From a virus: a stretch of 64,000 bases of DNA. The notes under the pieces were generated by a model. That model was not told the origin of the DNA. It was given only the letters and a program-made list of their open reading frames with translations, and did not search any database. A program made the translations under genes and the position numbers. Positions 1 through 9,413 of this stretch are shown piece after piece. Every line of letters begins with the position of its first letter. The stretch's first letter is position 1. The stretch spans positions 1-64,000 of the IMG/VR virus record IMGVR_UViG_3300020171_000001; one strand, written 5' to 3'.

Positions 1-500
1 TCGGGCTGATTGCGCACATCGAACACCGTGCCGATGTCCAACGTGGAAACCAGCTCCCTGAGCAAGTCCCTGGCCCGCTTCTCGTTCTCTGCCTTGACCC
101 GGCAGACGGCGAGGAGCGTGATGTCAAAGGCGTACTCGTGTACCTGCTCCAGACCAGCCTCCTCCACGATCTCGATCACGGCACTCGGCTCCACGTCGCC
201 ATCGCGCTTGTACGTCGTGCCGTAGATCCAGCACGAGCGCATGTTCCTGGGCAGGGAGCCGTACTGGACAATCTCCGCGTCCCAGATGGGGTCAAGGCAC
301 TCGTCGTCCATCCACCGCAGGATGCTGTCCTCCCCCGTCTCGCAGACTCGGACGATGGCTGGTTCATCCGGACAGTCGTGGTCCACGGAGTCCTTCAAGA
401 TGTAGCCCATGCAGGAGTTGACCCGTACCAGCTTTCCGAGGTGGCTCAGGTACTCCTCCATTGCCATGCGCTCGCACTCCGTCTTGCTCCGCGGAGGCAC
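1..500 (-). CDS. hypothetical protein (3' end runs off window)
   Basis: GTG at 500 after AGGAG; open frame to window edge (VPPRSKTECERMAMEEYLSHLGK...); absent from ORF track because no stop is in the window. Confidence 0.7.
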   Translation of the reverse strand, partial: MPPRSKTECERMAMEEYLSHLGKLVRVNSCMGYILKDSVDHDCPDEPAIVRVCETGEDSILRWMDDECLDPIWDAEIVQYGSLPRNMRSCWIYGTTYKRDGDVEPSAVIEIVEEAGLEQVHEYAFDITLLAVCRVKAENEKRARDLLRELVSTLDIGTVFDVRNQP

Positions 501-504
501 TGGG

Positions 505-921
505 CTACTCCTGGTTGTCCGCGACCAGTACGTCGTACCAGTCTTTCAGGATGTCGATGACCCCACGTACATCCTCGATCAACTCTTTCGGTGGTACATC
601 GGACTCCTCGGCATCTCGCCAACTGGCGAACAGCACCTTGGCAGCATCGGCTGCTGCGTACTCCCGTAGGTCACACTCGGAAAGGAACTCCGCCAGAGCC
701 TCCGCCCGCTCCGCGAAGCCCGTGAGGAATACCGCTTCTGCGCCGCACGTGTCGCAGGCCCACGTGTTTCCCGTGTCAGGGCCGTGGACTGTCTCGCCAT
801 GGCTGCGATTTTCCAGGAAATCGCCTTTGGAATCCACGAGCCACTCCTCCACCACATGTGCCGAGGTGATGAACTTCTTGTGCGTCGGATCCTTCGGGCA
901 CCAAGCCAGCAGTTTCTTCAT
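505..921 (-). CDS. hypothetical protein (CxxC)
   Basis: MKKLLAWCPKDP...; TGATG coupling with upstream gene. Confidence 0.7.
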   Translation of the reverse strand: MKKLLAWCPKDPTHKKFITSAHVVEEWLVDSKGDFLENRSHGETVHGPDTGNTWACDTCGAEAVFLTGFAERAEALAEFLSECDLREYAAADAAKVLFASWRDAEESDVPPKELIEDVRGVIDILKDWYDVLVADNQE

Positions 922-1388
922 CAGAGGATCTCCTCCCAGAGGACCGTGTAGGACGCCACGACGTGGTCCACGTGTTTGGGGCGCATGCTCCAGTACGCGC
1001 CCCTCCGGGTCACGTGCAGGATGCTGTAGTCGAGCCCCGGTGCAGCATTGGCTGTCTCCACACCGTCCAGTATTTCCTGGGCGTCCTCGGGGCTGATGCC
1101 CTTGCACCCGTCTGCGGTGTCGATCACCTCCATGAGCCGCGAGTGCAACACATCTTCTAGCGGAGTAGCCTCGGGGCCTTGCCCGTCCGTGATGAAGTAG
1201 CTCGGGGTGTAGTCCCAGAAGGTGGCGCCGAGGAAGTCTTCTTCCTCCCGCCCGATCGATTCCGCCAGATCCCGGAGTCGGTGGAGCCGGGCGAGGAACG
1301 CGTCGTCCACTGCGACGATGCAAGCGTCGGGTATGCTCCACCCGGAGTCATCGTCACGGGAAATATGTAGCAGGAAGTGCCTGGTCAT
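921..1388 (-). CDS. hypothetical protein
   Basis: 155 aa, RBS AGGAG, coupled. Confidence 0.7.
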   Translation of the reverse strand: MTRHFLLHISRDDDSGWSIPDACIVAVDDAFLARLHRLRDLAESIGREEEDFLGATFWDYTPSYFITDGQGPEATPLEDVLHSRLMEVIDTADGCKGISPEDAQEILDGVETANAAPGLDYSILHVTRRGAYWSMRPKHVDHVVASYTVLWEEIL

Positions 1389-1391
1389 CTG

Positions 1392-1967
1392 CTACTCCTT
1401 CAGCCCGAGGTGCCTGCGCTTCTCCTCCAGCGGCAGGCCCTCGGCGTACTGCTCGGCCACCTGCCTCATGTAGCCGTGGTCGTTGCGCATGTCCTCGACC
1501 AGGACGCGCACGAGATCCTCTTCCTGCTCGTCGGTCAGGCCGAGGCACTCCGTTGCTTCCTCCAGTTCAGGGAAGCAGCAGCCCACATCGGAGCCGTCCA
1601 TGTCCGTGATCGTCGCAGAGTCCTCTCCCTCGAACTTTACATCAGCGACCGTCAAGATCCGGCTGCACACGCCGTCGTCGGGGTCGTTCCAGCGCACTCT
1701 GTCGTCCTTCGTCAATGACCAGATGAACACCTGATCCTCGGGCACCACGAAGTCCGGGTTGGCATCCGGGCCTGACTCCTCCGAGGAGATAGCCTCTGGC
1801 AGGACCAGGCTCTCGTCCACATCCCAGCCTCCGGGGGCATCTCCGTGCTCCAGGTAGCGGCGGGCCGCACGTGCTGCCCGCTCCGGGTCGTCGGTCGGCA
1901 CGTTCACGACCTTCAGGTGGGACTTGGCGCAGCACTCGCCGCGCACGGAACAGACCACGGTAATCAT
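1392..1967 (-). CDS. acidic hypothetical protein
   Basis: MITVVCSVRG...; ATGA overlap with 1964..2221. Confidence 0.7.
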   Translation of the reverse strand: MITVVCSVRGECCAKSHLKVVNVPTDDPERAARAARRYLEHGDAPGGWDVDESLVLPEAISSEESGPDANPDFVVPEDQVFIWSLTKDDRVRWNDPDDGVCSRILTVADVKFEGEDSATITDMDGSDVGCCFPELEEATECLGLTDEQEEDLVRVLVEDMRNDHGYMRQVAEQYAEGLPLEEKRRHLGLKE

Positions 1968-2221
1968 CGGTCTGCCCCGGTCTCCGGGACCAAGTCGAGC
2001 TGGTACCCGCCGGGGCCATTGCCCTCGAAGTCTCTCAGGATAGCCAGGCTCACTGTCGAGCCGTCCGGCAGCCGGATCACTAGCCCCGGCATGGGGCCTC
2101 CGCCGTAGCCGTCTTCCCCGAGGATGCCGCCGGCCAGAACAGTCCCGCCCTTCAAGCGCCCGAGATCCCGGCGAATCGTTGCGCGTGTCCCCTCGTAGAT
2201 ATCTTTGAGTCTCTTGTCCAT
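1964..2221 (-). CDS. hypothetical protein
   Basis: 85 aa, coupled. Confidence 0.65.
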   Translation of the reverse strand: MDKRLKDIYEGTRATIRRDLGRLKGGTVLAGGILGEDGYGGGPMPGLVIRLPDGSTVSLAILRDFEGNGPGGYQLDLVPETGADR

Positions 2222-2236
2222 TGGGTTTCCCTTTTG

Positions 2237-2506
2237 CTAGAAGTGCTTCGCAGGAATCGTCACGTCGCGGTGCTCTCGGACTACCCCGTCGAGGACAGAC
2301 CAGGCCGTGACGAACCGCTGTGCGCCGTTGGGCTCCACCCGGAACACCCGGTAGAGCTCGTCGTAGCCGTTCGTAGCAGCGCACTGAGCCATCTCCGCGA
2401 TCTCCGAGAGAGCAGAGAAGGGCATCGAGATGTTGGAGCCCTTGTGCTGGCCGTAGACCATGTAGGCGTCCGCCAGGCGGCTCTCCGTGTCGTTGAAGAG
2501 GGTCAT
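2237..2506 (-). CDS. hypothetical protein
   Basis: MTLFNDTESR...; TGATG coupling. Confidence 0.6.
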   Translation of the reverse strand: MTLFNDTESRLADAYMVYGQHKGSNISMPFSALSEIAEMAQCAATNGYDELYRVFRVEPNGAQRFVTAWSVLDGVVREHRDVTIPAKHF

Positions 2507-3120
2507 CAAGGGGTGCCTCCCAGGTTCCGGCAACACCGAAACCCGATGCTGTTGGACCGGTCCGCGGGGTCGTAGCCGTCGCGGTCCGCCGCCCGAAGGA
2601 AGCACGGGAGGTCGTCCCACGACCCGCCCCGCAACACCCGGTGCCCCCCACGATCACTTGCCGTCCACTCCCAGATGTTGCCCAGCGTGTCCCAGAGGCC
2701 CCAGATGTTGGGCCGGTGCTCTCCGACGGGGACCGGCGACTCAGCGTTGCAGTGGGCATAGAGCAGGAGTTCCTGAGGGTCTTCCGGGTACTGGAAGGAT
2801 CCTCCGCAGGTGCAGGCCCACGCCCACTCGGTCTCGGTAGGGAGCCGGTACACGGCAGCCCCGGTCAGCCCCAGCATCTCGGAGAGCCGAGAGCAGAACG
2901 CCTCTGCGTCCAGGGCAGAGACATTCTCCGCCGGGAACTGAAGGTTGCTTGGGTACCCCTCCCCCTGGAAGCAGGCCGGGTTCTCGCCCATCACGTGCAG
3001 GTACAGGTCTTGTGTGACCGGCGTGGCCATCATGACCAGCGGCTTGTCTCTCCCGGTGAGAAGGACTTCTCGGATCGGGGGAAGCAGCAGATTCTTCTGG
3101 GAAGGCTCCATGGTGTTCAC
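2506..3120 (-). CDS. FGE-sulfatase (SUMF1/EgtB/PvdO, C-type lectin fold) domain protein; possible DGR target
   Basis: Motifs TPVTQ..Y, YRLPTETEW, PNIWGLWDTLGNIWEW, RVLRGGSW, IGFRC. Confidence 0.9.
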   Translation of the reverse strand: MNTMEPSQKNLLLPPIREVLLTGRDKPLVMMATPVTQDLYLHVMGENPACFQGEGYPSNLQFPAENVSALDAEAFCSRLSEMLGLTGAAVYRLPTETEWAWACTCGGSFQYPEDPQELLLYAHCNAESPVPVGEHRPNIWGLWDTLGNIWEWTASDRGGHRVLRGGSWDDLPCFLRAADRDGYDPADRSNSIGFRCCRNLGGTP

Positions 3121-3494
3121 GGGAGCATTCCTTCCGGCTGCTCTACCTTGGCATCCTCGTAGCGTACCCAGAGCCACCCCTGGACGTAGGCCCCCATGTC
3201 GCCGCAGGACAGAGACGCGTCGGCGTCCACTTCGATGTCGTCGTCAGAGCCCTCCGCGTACTGCTCTCGAGCGGCATCCCGCAGCTTGTCACAGTCCAGT
3301 AAGGGCAGTGGCGCTCGCAGGCGAGCGATGTACGTCTCTACGATGCGCCGGCTCTCGGGGCCGGGGCACAGAGCGTATCCGTGCTTCTCCAGGCACGTCT
3401 CCAGCCAGCGCGCCACGGACTCCTCTGCTCGTACGTCCCCCTCGCTCAGCGGCTCAAACTCCTTGGGCCGGGTCAGCACACGATGCTGGCTCAT
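3117..3494 (-). CDS. hypothetical protein
   Basis: coupled ORF ending GAYVQGWLWV. Confidence 0.65.
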   Translation of the reverse strand: MSQHRVLTRPKEFEPLSEGDVRAEESVARWLETCLEKHGYALCPGPESRRIVETYIARLRAPLPLLDCDKLRDAAREQYAEGSDDDIEVDADASLSCGDMGAYVQGWLWVRYEDAKVEQPEGMLP

Positions 3495-3832
3495 TCCCGC
3501 GTCCCCTTCGGCAGCAGTCGGCGCTCTGCCAGGAGCAACTGGGCGATGGCCCACGCCTGTGCCTTGCAGCGGTAGCTCAGGATGTCATGCGGCGTGACCG
3601 TGTACTCCGGTTCCTCTTCCAGGAAGCAGAGCACGAAGTCGAGCACGCCGACTTCGGCTGACTCTAGCGCTCGGACCCGCCGTGCATGGGTCTTTCGCTC
3701 CCGAGGAGGACAGCCCATCAGGTCTTCGGCCTCCTGGTCGATGATCCGGTCCAGCGCGGACTCGGCCGAGTCCATCCGGCGAAGTCGCAGTTCTTTCTGG
3801 AGCTTCTTGCCCCGTTCGGTTTTCATGTCCAT
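3491..3832 (-). CDS. hypothetical protein
   Basis: coupled ORF. Confidence 0.6.
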   Translation of the reverse strand: MDMKTERGKKLQKELRLRRMDSAESALDRIIDQEAEDLMGCPPRERKTHARRVRALESAEVGVLDFVLCFLEEEPEYTVTPHDILSYRCKAQAWAIAQLLLAERRLLPKGTRE

Positions 3833-3834
3833 CT

Positions 3835-4176
3835 CTACACGTCCTCCTCGTCGGGCACGATGTCCAAGAGCCTGACGATGCAGTAGGTCAGGCCGGCAGA
3901 CCTGACCGCGTTCTCGATTTTGGCCCATAGCCACCCGGGCATGGCTGCGCTGCCTGCTGGATGCATCTCGGGGTTGTCCGGGCCATCGCCGTGGTCATAC
4001 AGCGTGAATATGTCTCCGGGGTAAAGCACAGACTCGTCGAACGTGGACGTGTCCCACGTCGACCAGGAAGCGACTCCCCCGCCTGCATTCTCCAGCCAGT
4101 GCCGAACCTCGGGCTTGTGAATCCAGTCCCCCGCTTCGATCTGCAAACAGGGGATGACCGTGGCGCGGCGGCTCAC
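3835..4176 (-). CDS. hypothetical protein
   Basis: GTGA overlap start. Confidence 0.6.
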   Translation of the reverse strand: MSRRATVIPCLQIEAGDWIHKPEVRHWLENAGGGVASWSTWDTSTFDESVLYPGDIFTLYDHGDGPDNPEMHPAGSAAMPGWLWAKIENAVRSAGLTYCIVRLLDIVPDEEDV

Positions 4177-4409
4177 TGATCTGGCCCGGTCTGGTCTGAT
4201 ACGACTAGCACTACCCACTTACCGTTGGGCAGCCGAACAGCACCGTTCTGACGAACAATGCGCCAATCATCTGGGGGCTCACCGGCTCCCCAAGCCGAGA
4301 CGAGCACAGCCTCGCTGGGCTCCTTCCAACGCGGATCCGCGGTGCCCATGGTGGCCACTGCACGCCACTGCTCGAAGGTCAGGCCTTCCCTGTTCTTCAT
4401 CTTGAGCAT
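4173..4409 (-). CDS. hypothetical protein
   Basis: 78 aa, coupled. Confidence 0.6.
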   Translation of the reverse strand: MLKMKNREGLTFEQWRAVATMGTADPRWKEPSEAVLVSAWGAGEPPDDWRIVRQNGAVRLPNGKWVVLVVSDQTGPDQ

Positions 4410-4415
4410 CGACCG

Positions 4416-4769
4416 TTACATCCAGCCGGCGAGGCCGAACAACGGGGCTTCAGCGCCCCTGCGCTCCTGCTCCACGAGCGCTTGAGCTATGGCCAGGTTG
4501 GCCATGTAGCCGCCGTGGAAGCGTCGTCCCCGGAAGGCCCGTCCAAGCACGTCACGCCCCGTCAGCAACAGTGCCTCTTCCCGGCTCGCGGCTTCCGGGT
4601 AGCGCTGTTTCGTGGCCATGGTCATGTACCACTCGTTGTAGCTTCCACGTCGGGAAGCATGGTTTGCCACAGCCGCTGCCGCGCAGCGCGCCGAGAGGTA
4701 GCCAAGCGATTCAGCCATCAGGTGCGCCACGAGGCGTGGGTAGCGCCGTAGCGCTTCCTCCCGTGTCAT
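4416..4769 (-). CDS. hypothetical protein
   Basis: MTREEALRRYPRL...; ATGA overlap. Confidence 0.6.
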   Translation of the reverse strand: MTREEALRRYPRLVAHLMAESLGYLSARCAAAAVANHASRRGSYNEWYMTMATKQRYPEAASREEALLLTGRDVLGRAFRGRRFHGGYMANLAIAQALVEQERRGAEAPLFGLAGWM

Positions 4770-5920
4770 CGGGTGGCCCCCAGAAGAACAGGCATGTCTA
4801 CCCTCACCGAGAAGAACGGCAAGAGCGGCTTGATCCGGTCCATGTACCGGGCCACGGTCGCCGTGCCACACGCGCACTTTCGAGACGGGTGACCCAGGTA
4901 GCCGCAGGGGCATGGCATCGCCGAGGCCACCAGTACGAAGCGGGCCGGGAAGGTGATCGGAAAGGCGCTCTGGCCAGGCCGGCTTCCACTCGTGGTCTGC
5001 ACCAAACCCTGTGGGATGATCCGCGCCAGTGCGTCCAGAGTCGCACGCTGGAACTCCGGTAACTCGTCGAGGTACAGGACGCCACCGTGAGCTAAAGTCA
5101 CTTCGCCCGGCCGGCCGCCAGTCCCTGACCCGCCGCCGAGCAGAGCCATCATCGAGCAGGTGTGGTGCGGCGCCCGGAAGGGCCGAGTCATTTTGCCGTC
5201 TTGCAGAATACCGGCTGCCGAGTAGGCCTGAGCTGAGGACAACTGCTCCTCGTTGTCCAGCTCCGGCAAGTCGAGCAGGAGTCGGCGCGCAACCATAGTC
5301 TTGCCGCAGCCGGGAGCAGCAACCAGGAGCACGTGCTCGCCACGGGCCACAGCGATTCGCGCCGGTGCCAGCAGGTCCATGAGCCGCGGATCGACGTCGG
5401 ACCAGGACACCTGCCCCGGCATCGGCATCGGCTTCGCAAGCCGCTTCGGCGTCACCTCCAGTTCGGCCTGCGTGCATCCACGGAGCCACGCAGCGACTTC
5501 GGCCAGCGTGGAGAACGCAGCGATCCGGCACCCCGGCACGAGTTCTGCGTTTGCCCGGTCGCAGTGCGGGACGAGCAGAACAGCGCCGAGCGCTCGCGCT
5601 TCCAGAGCCGCCGATACGACGCCAGGGCACGGTCGCAGTCTACCGTCGAGACTGAGTTCGGCCCACGGCAGCAGCGCGGGGAGCGGCGCCTTCAGGCCCC
5701 CGACGGGGGCCAGAGGGCCCAGGGCCAGAGCCCGGGCGAGGTCCGTGGACGACGCGGCCCGGGGCGCATCCGTCGATGGGCCCAGAGCGCCCACTGGCAA
5801 TCCGGAGGTCTGGAGTGCCGACCGGACCCGCACGTACTGTTCCTTGTCCATTGCACCAGCCAGGGGCTCCCTGCGGAGTTCCAGGCCCAGCAACGCGTAG
5901 CACAGCAGATTTTCCATCAT
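4766..5920 (-). CDS. comM: ComM/YifB (Mg-chelatase-like) AAA+ ATPase, C-terminally truncated
   Basis: ELSLDG, Walker A AAPGCGKT, RPFRAPHH, RPGEVTLAHGGVLYLDELPEF, FPARFVLVASAMPCPCGY; ~385 aa and lacks the C-terminal domain. Confidence 0.88.
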   Translation of the reverse strand: MMENLLCYALLGLELRREPLAGAMDKEQYVRVRSALQTSGLPVGALGPSTDAPRAASSTDLARALALGPLAPVGGLKAPLPALLPWAELSLDGRLRPCPGVVSAALEARALGAVLLVPHCDRANAELVPGCRIAAFSTLAEVAAWLRGCTQAELEVTPKRLAKPMPMPGQVSWSDVDPRLMDLLAPARIAVARGEHVLLVAAPGCGKTMVARRLLLDLPELDNEEQLSSAQAYSAAGILQDGKMTRPFRAPHHTCSMMALLGGGSGTGGRPGEVTLAHGGVLYLDELPEFQRATLDALARIIPQGLVQTTSGSRPGQSAFPITFPARFVLVASAMPCPCGYLGHPSRKCACGTATVARYMDRIKPLLPFFSVRVDMPVLLGATR

Positions 5921-5938
5921 CGTCTCCAATCGCGAAGC

Positions 5939-7405
5939 CTACTTGTGAAGCGTCAGCTTCACGGTGTTGATCCGTGTCCCGGCCGAAGCGAAGGACTCCG
6001 GGGGCAGGTCGCTGAACACCCCGCGCCACTGGTCCCCCTTGTGCTTGTCCGCCCAGGCACGGAACGCCTCATGCTTCGGGCTGTCGCCCAGCTCGGCGGT
6101 CACCGGCAGCACGGCTACCAGCGTCCCGCCGTTGGCCAGGAAGTCAAAGGCATGCATGACGTGCTGCATCCAGTGCGTACCGTAGAACGGCGGGTTCATC
6201 ACCACATGGGTGTACTGTGTGCGCACTGGCATGGACAGGAAGTTGCCCTCGGTCACGGTCACTCGAGAGTCCCGGATCTGCCGAAGCACTCTCACGCGCC
6301 CGGGGTCCACCTCGATGGCGTCCACCCAGCCGGCTCCAGCGGCCAGCAGCGCCATGACGATGCCGCCCTCGCCAGCGGAGGGCTCCAGTACGCGGCTATT
6401 CTCCGAGATCCATACGTCCTTCAGCAGAGCCCCGGCCACTGCCGGCGGCGTTGGGTAGAAGGCCAGGTCCCTGGACAGCGCCGTGCAGCGTGTCACCGTC
6501 GGCTCGTCGCGGTCCACTGCGTCCGGCAGCACCTCGCCGTAGTACGCGGCTAGTACCTTATTGGCCTTCGTCACCAGGTCGTCGCGCTGAAACCACAGGT
6601 GCGCGTTGCCGTTCTTGAAGCCGCGGACTTTGAAGTACGACGTCGTTGTCTCCGACTGGCGCGGCGAGAGACCTCCGCCCTGCCGGCTATCCCGGATAGC
6701 TGCGGCCAACGAGCCGAAGTCACGGCCGGCATCACCGTCGAGCACGGCGAAGACTCGCTCGACGTCGGTCAGTGTCTCACTGATCCGGCTCCCGTAGTTC
6801 AACGAGCCCCATGCGTCGAAGGCATAGGTCAGGATGATGCGAGACCCCAGCTTGAATCCGTCGTGGGACTTGAACCGGCGATCCAGGTCGGAGAACACAC
6901 GAGCGAGACCGCGCTGGAAGATCAGCTCGGCGTCTCCGAGCAAGGCTTGCAAGGTCGCTCGCACGTTGCCCTCGTTCACCTCCGGCACCGAACCGGCCAA
7001 GTCCGCATCGAACTGCTCTCGGGCCGTTCGGTCCATGACGCTGGACATCCCAGTGGCATTCAGCAAGTGGACCCAGATGTCGGCATCAGTGGACTGCCGG
7101 AAGAGCGCAGTGGTGGCCGCCGCGTCCAGACCAGCGAACAGCCGCCCGTATGTCTCCGACTTCGAGCGATCAACCAGGTAGAACCGATGGCCACCGGCTG
7201 CTTCCGCAGCGAGTCCACGGGCCTTCTCCGCTGCTGCGAAGCCCCGCACCAGCGTGGCAATGGCTTCGTCCATGGCAGTCAACGCTGCGTCCCGCAAGGA
7301 GCAGACCCGCGTGATCGTGGTGCTCGGCACCAGGCCTGCCTCGTCCAGGCACCCACTGCCTGCGCCGCGTGCGCTGCTGCTGCTGCTGTTGCTTTGCCCT
7401 GTCAT
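5939..7405 (-). CDS. DUF4942-domain class I SAM-dependent (adenine) DNA methyltransferase
   Basis: DUF4942-like N-part (KSHDGFKLGSRIIL, YFKVRGFKNGNAHLWF); FYPTP, VLEPSAGEG, VMNPPF. Confidence 0.88.
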   Translation of the reverse strand: MTGQSNSSSSSARGAGSGCLDEAGLVPSTTITRVCSLRDAALTAMDEAIATLVRGFAAAEKARGLAAEAAGGHRFYLVDRSKSETYGRLFAGLDAAATTALFRQSTDADIWVHLLNATGMSSVMDRTAREQFDADLAGSVPEVNEGNVRATLQALLGDAELIFQRGLARVFSDLDRRFKSHDGFKLGSRIILTYAFDAWGSLNYGSRISETLTDVERVFAVLDGDAGRDFGSLAAAIRDSRQGGGLSPRQSETTTSYFKVRGFKNGNAHLWFQRDDLVTKANKVLAAYYGEVLPDAVDRDEPTVTRCTALSRDLAFYPTPPAVAGALLKDVWISENSRVLEPSAGEGGIVMALLAAGAGWVDAIEVDPGRVRVLRQIRDSRVTVTEGNFLSMPVRTQYTHVVMNPPFYGTHWMQHVMHAFDFLANGGTLVAVLPVTAELGDSPKHEAFRAWADKHKGDQWRGVFSDLPPESFASAGTRINTVKLTLHK

Positions 7406-7428
7406 CGTTGCTGCCTCGTCCACTGAAG

Positions 7429-7668
7429 CTATATGTAGTCCAACGCCAGGCACGCTGGGCGCTCGGCATCCATGTGGTGCACGGTGAGCAGCTTTCTCTG
7501 CTCTTCACTCCACACCTCGAGCTGGATCCAGGGCCCCTCGCCCAAGAACTCCTCGTGCATGTCCGGCTCGAAAAGCTTCGGCGGGAACATGATGTAGCAC
7601 ACCTCGCCGGTCGCCTTCAGAACAACCCCGTCGTGGTTGCACAGCCGCCGGGCGTCTCGAAGTCTCAT
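7429..7668 (-). CDS. hypothetical protein
   Basis: RBS GAGG, 79 aa. Confidence 0.55.
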   Translation of the reverse strand: MRLRDARRLCNHDGVVLKATGEVCYIMFPPKLFEPDMHEEFLGEGPWIQLEVWSEEQRKLLTVHHMDAERPACLALDYI

Positions 7669-7669
7669 G

Positions 7670-8113
7670 TCAGTCCTCGGCCGCGGCCGTGGCCGCTCTT
7701 GCTCTGGTCTGGCATCCAACAGTGTCCACGCAGACGATGGAGTGGGCCGAGGGGCCGGTATGGTCCTTCCGCTTGAGTGCCCAGCAGGGTGCCCAGCAGG
7801 GCTCGCAGAGCTGGGCTCCGCAGTCCTCACAGGTCACGAACGCTTCCATCGGATCGGCGTGCTGCGATCCACAGGCATCACAGGTGAAGACCCGCAGGAT
7901 CTGCTTCTCCCCATCGTTCAGCGCGTCGAGATAGCCCGTCCAGTAGGCCACGCCGATCTGGCTGTCGTGGGATGCGATCCACTGACGTGGCTTCTCCTCC
8001 AGGGCTTTGCTCCGCAGCCGCTTCAGGGCTTTGCTCCGCAGCCGCTTCAGCAGGTCGAGGACTCCCTGCAGTCGCAGAAGCATCTCCTGTCTCTGCCCTC
8101 GTGTCGTGGACAT
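7670..8113 (-). CDS. Cys-rich (Zn-finger) hypothetical protein with 8-aa tandem duplication
   Basis: CxxC motifs; LKRLRSKA x2. Confidence 0.6.
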   Translation of the reverse strand: MSTTRGQRQEMLLRLQGVLDLLKRLRSKALKRLRSKALEEKPRQWIASHDSQIGVAYWTGYLDALNDGEKQILRVFTCDACGSQHADPMEAFVTCEDCGAQLCEPCWAPCWALKRKDHTGPSAHSIVCVDTVGCQTRARAATAAAED

Positions 8114-8116
8114 CGG

Positions 8117-8632
8117 CTACCACTCCCAGACCCGGAACAGCTCTGGGTGCTCCGATCCATCCCTGTCGAAGTTGATTACGATGCAGTCGTGGTCTTGTGC
8201 GTAGTGCATGATCGGTCGGAACCACCTGGGCGTGCGCTCGTCGCTGCGATCTTCGTCATCACCGTGCACGAACACGGTCCAGCCCATCTCGTGGTCCATC
8301 CACCGGCACTCGCCGAAGTCCGGCGCCTCACTCGGCGCATGGCTTGTGCTCAGGTCGAGCATTGTGGCTACAGCGGGCCCTTCGGGCATGCTGTTCGCTG
8401 ATGCAGATGGAGCAACGTATACCCTGCCTCGCACCAGGTCCTTCTCGGAGTCGAGCTCCTCCTCGCACCCGGAACACAGCAGGGCGTCGATGTCCTCCTC
8501 GCCGCCGGGCTCCAGCATGCCGACGTACTGCCCTGACTCGTTGAGCAGGGCCTCCGAGTTGCAGTTGCCCACGTGGTAGGAAGGAACGATGACCGGAGCC
8601 TCGCAACAGGCGGACCGCGCTCGGTGCATCAC
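8117..8632 (-). CDS. hypothetical protein
   Basis: contains MLDLSTSH; coupled. Confidence 0.65.
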   Translation of the reverse strand: MMHRARSACCEAPVIVPSYHVGNCNSEALLNESGQYVGMLEPGGEEDIDALLCSGCEEELDSEKDLVRGRVYVAPSASANSMPEGPAVATMLDLSTSHAPSEAPDFGECRWMDHEMGWTVFVHGDDEDRSDERTPRWFRPIMHYAQDHDCIVINFDRDGSEHPELFRVWEW

Positions 8633-9009
8633 GCGGGCACCCAGCCCCGCTTCGTGAGCTTTTCCCAGCGGCCATGCATCCAGCGGGTCTCGAGCGTGGT
8701 CTTTGGTCCCCGTACGGGGGTTTCCTCGGTCTTGGCTGGCAGGGTCTGGCCCTCGCCAATCAGCCAGACCGTCATACCGCTGACGGGCTCACGGAAGCAT
8801 CCGCTGCCGGGCCCCACGCCCACCGTATCCAGTTCTCGCCCGTCGAGGCTCATCAAGTCCTCCACCATGGGCTTGTACGCATCGACCCGATGCCGGCCGA
8901 CGGGCCACCAGTGCGTGACCCGGATCGGCAGGGCGTCCAGAGTGCTACTGCCCAGCACGTAGAGCGCTGTGCCCAACGTCTTGGGACAGACCTTGAGGGT
9001 ATAGCGCAT
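8629..9009 (-). CDS. hypothetical protein
   Basis: 126 aa, coupled. Confidence 0.6.
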   Translation of the reverse strand: MRYTLKVCPKTLGTALYVLGSSTLDALPIRVTHWWPVGRHRVDAYKPMVEDLMSLDGRELDTVGVGPGSGCFREPVSGMTVWLIGEGQTLPAKTEETPVRGPKTTLETRWMHGRWEKLTKRGWVPA

Positions 9010-9020
9010 GGTGTGGGGCG

Positions 9021-9413
9021 CTAAGGCGCCCCTTTTGTCGGTTCCCGCAGGGCCGTGACGAACTGCGCGAGCATCTGCTTGGCCAAAACTATGCCCTCCT
9101 CGAAGGTCAGCAGGTCTCCCGTGGCTGTGCAGTGCACAGCGTAGCGCATCCGGATCGGCATGCCGCAGTTGCAGTCGCTTGCACAGTTGCCCTCGCAGTT
9201 ACAGTCCTCCGTCGAACACTGAGCGATCGGGACGACGGCGAAGCCACAGGGCAAGGACCGGTTCAGGGCAACCGCGGCATCGGCGTCACTGTGCAGGCCC
9301 TCCAGCGACCCACAGGTGTCGCACCGCTCGACCCCGGCGATGCCCTCATCAGCATGCCAAGGGAAGGCAACGCCGCGCACCGGTGAGTCCCCGCAGATAT
9401 CACAGGCTGTCAC
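9021..9413 (-). CDS. Cys-rich hypothetical protein
   Basis: CDIC, CDTC, CNCEGNCASDCNC. Confidence 0.6.
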   Translation of the reverse strand: MTACDICGDSPVRGVAFPWHADEGIAGVERCDTCGSLEGLHSDADAAVALNRSLPCGFAVVPIAQCSTEDCNCEGNCASDCNCGMPIRMRYAVHCTATGDLLTFEEGIVLAKQMLAQFVTALREPTKGAP

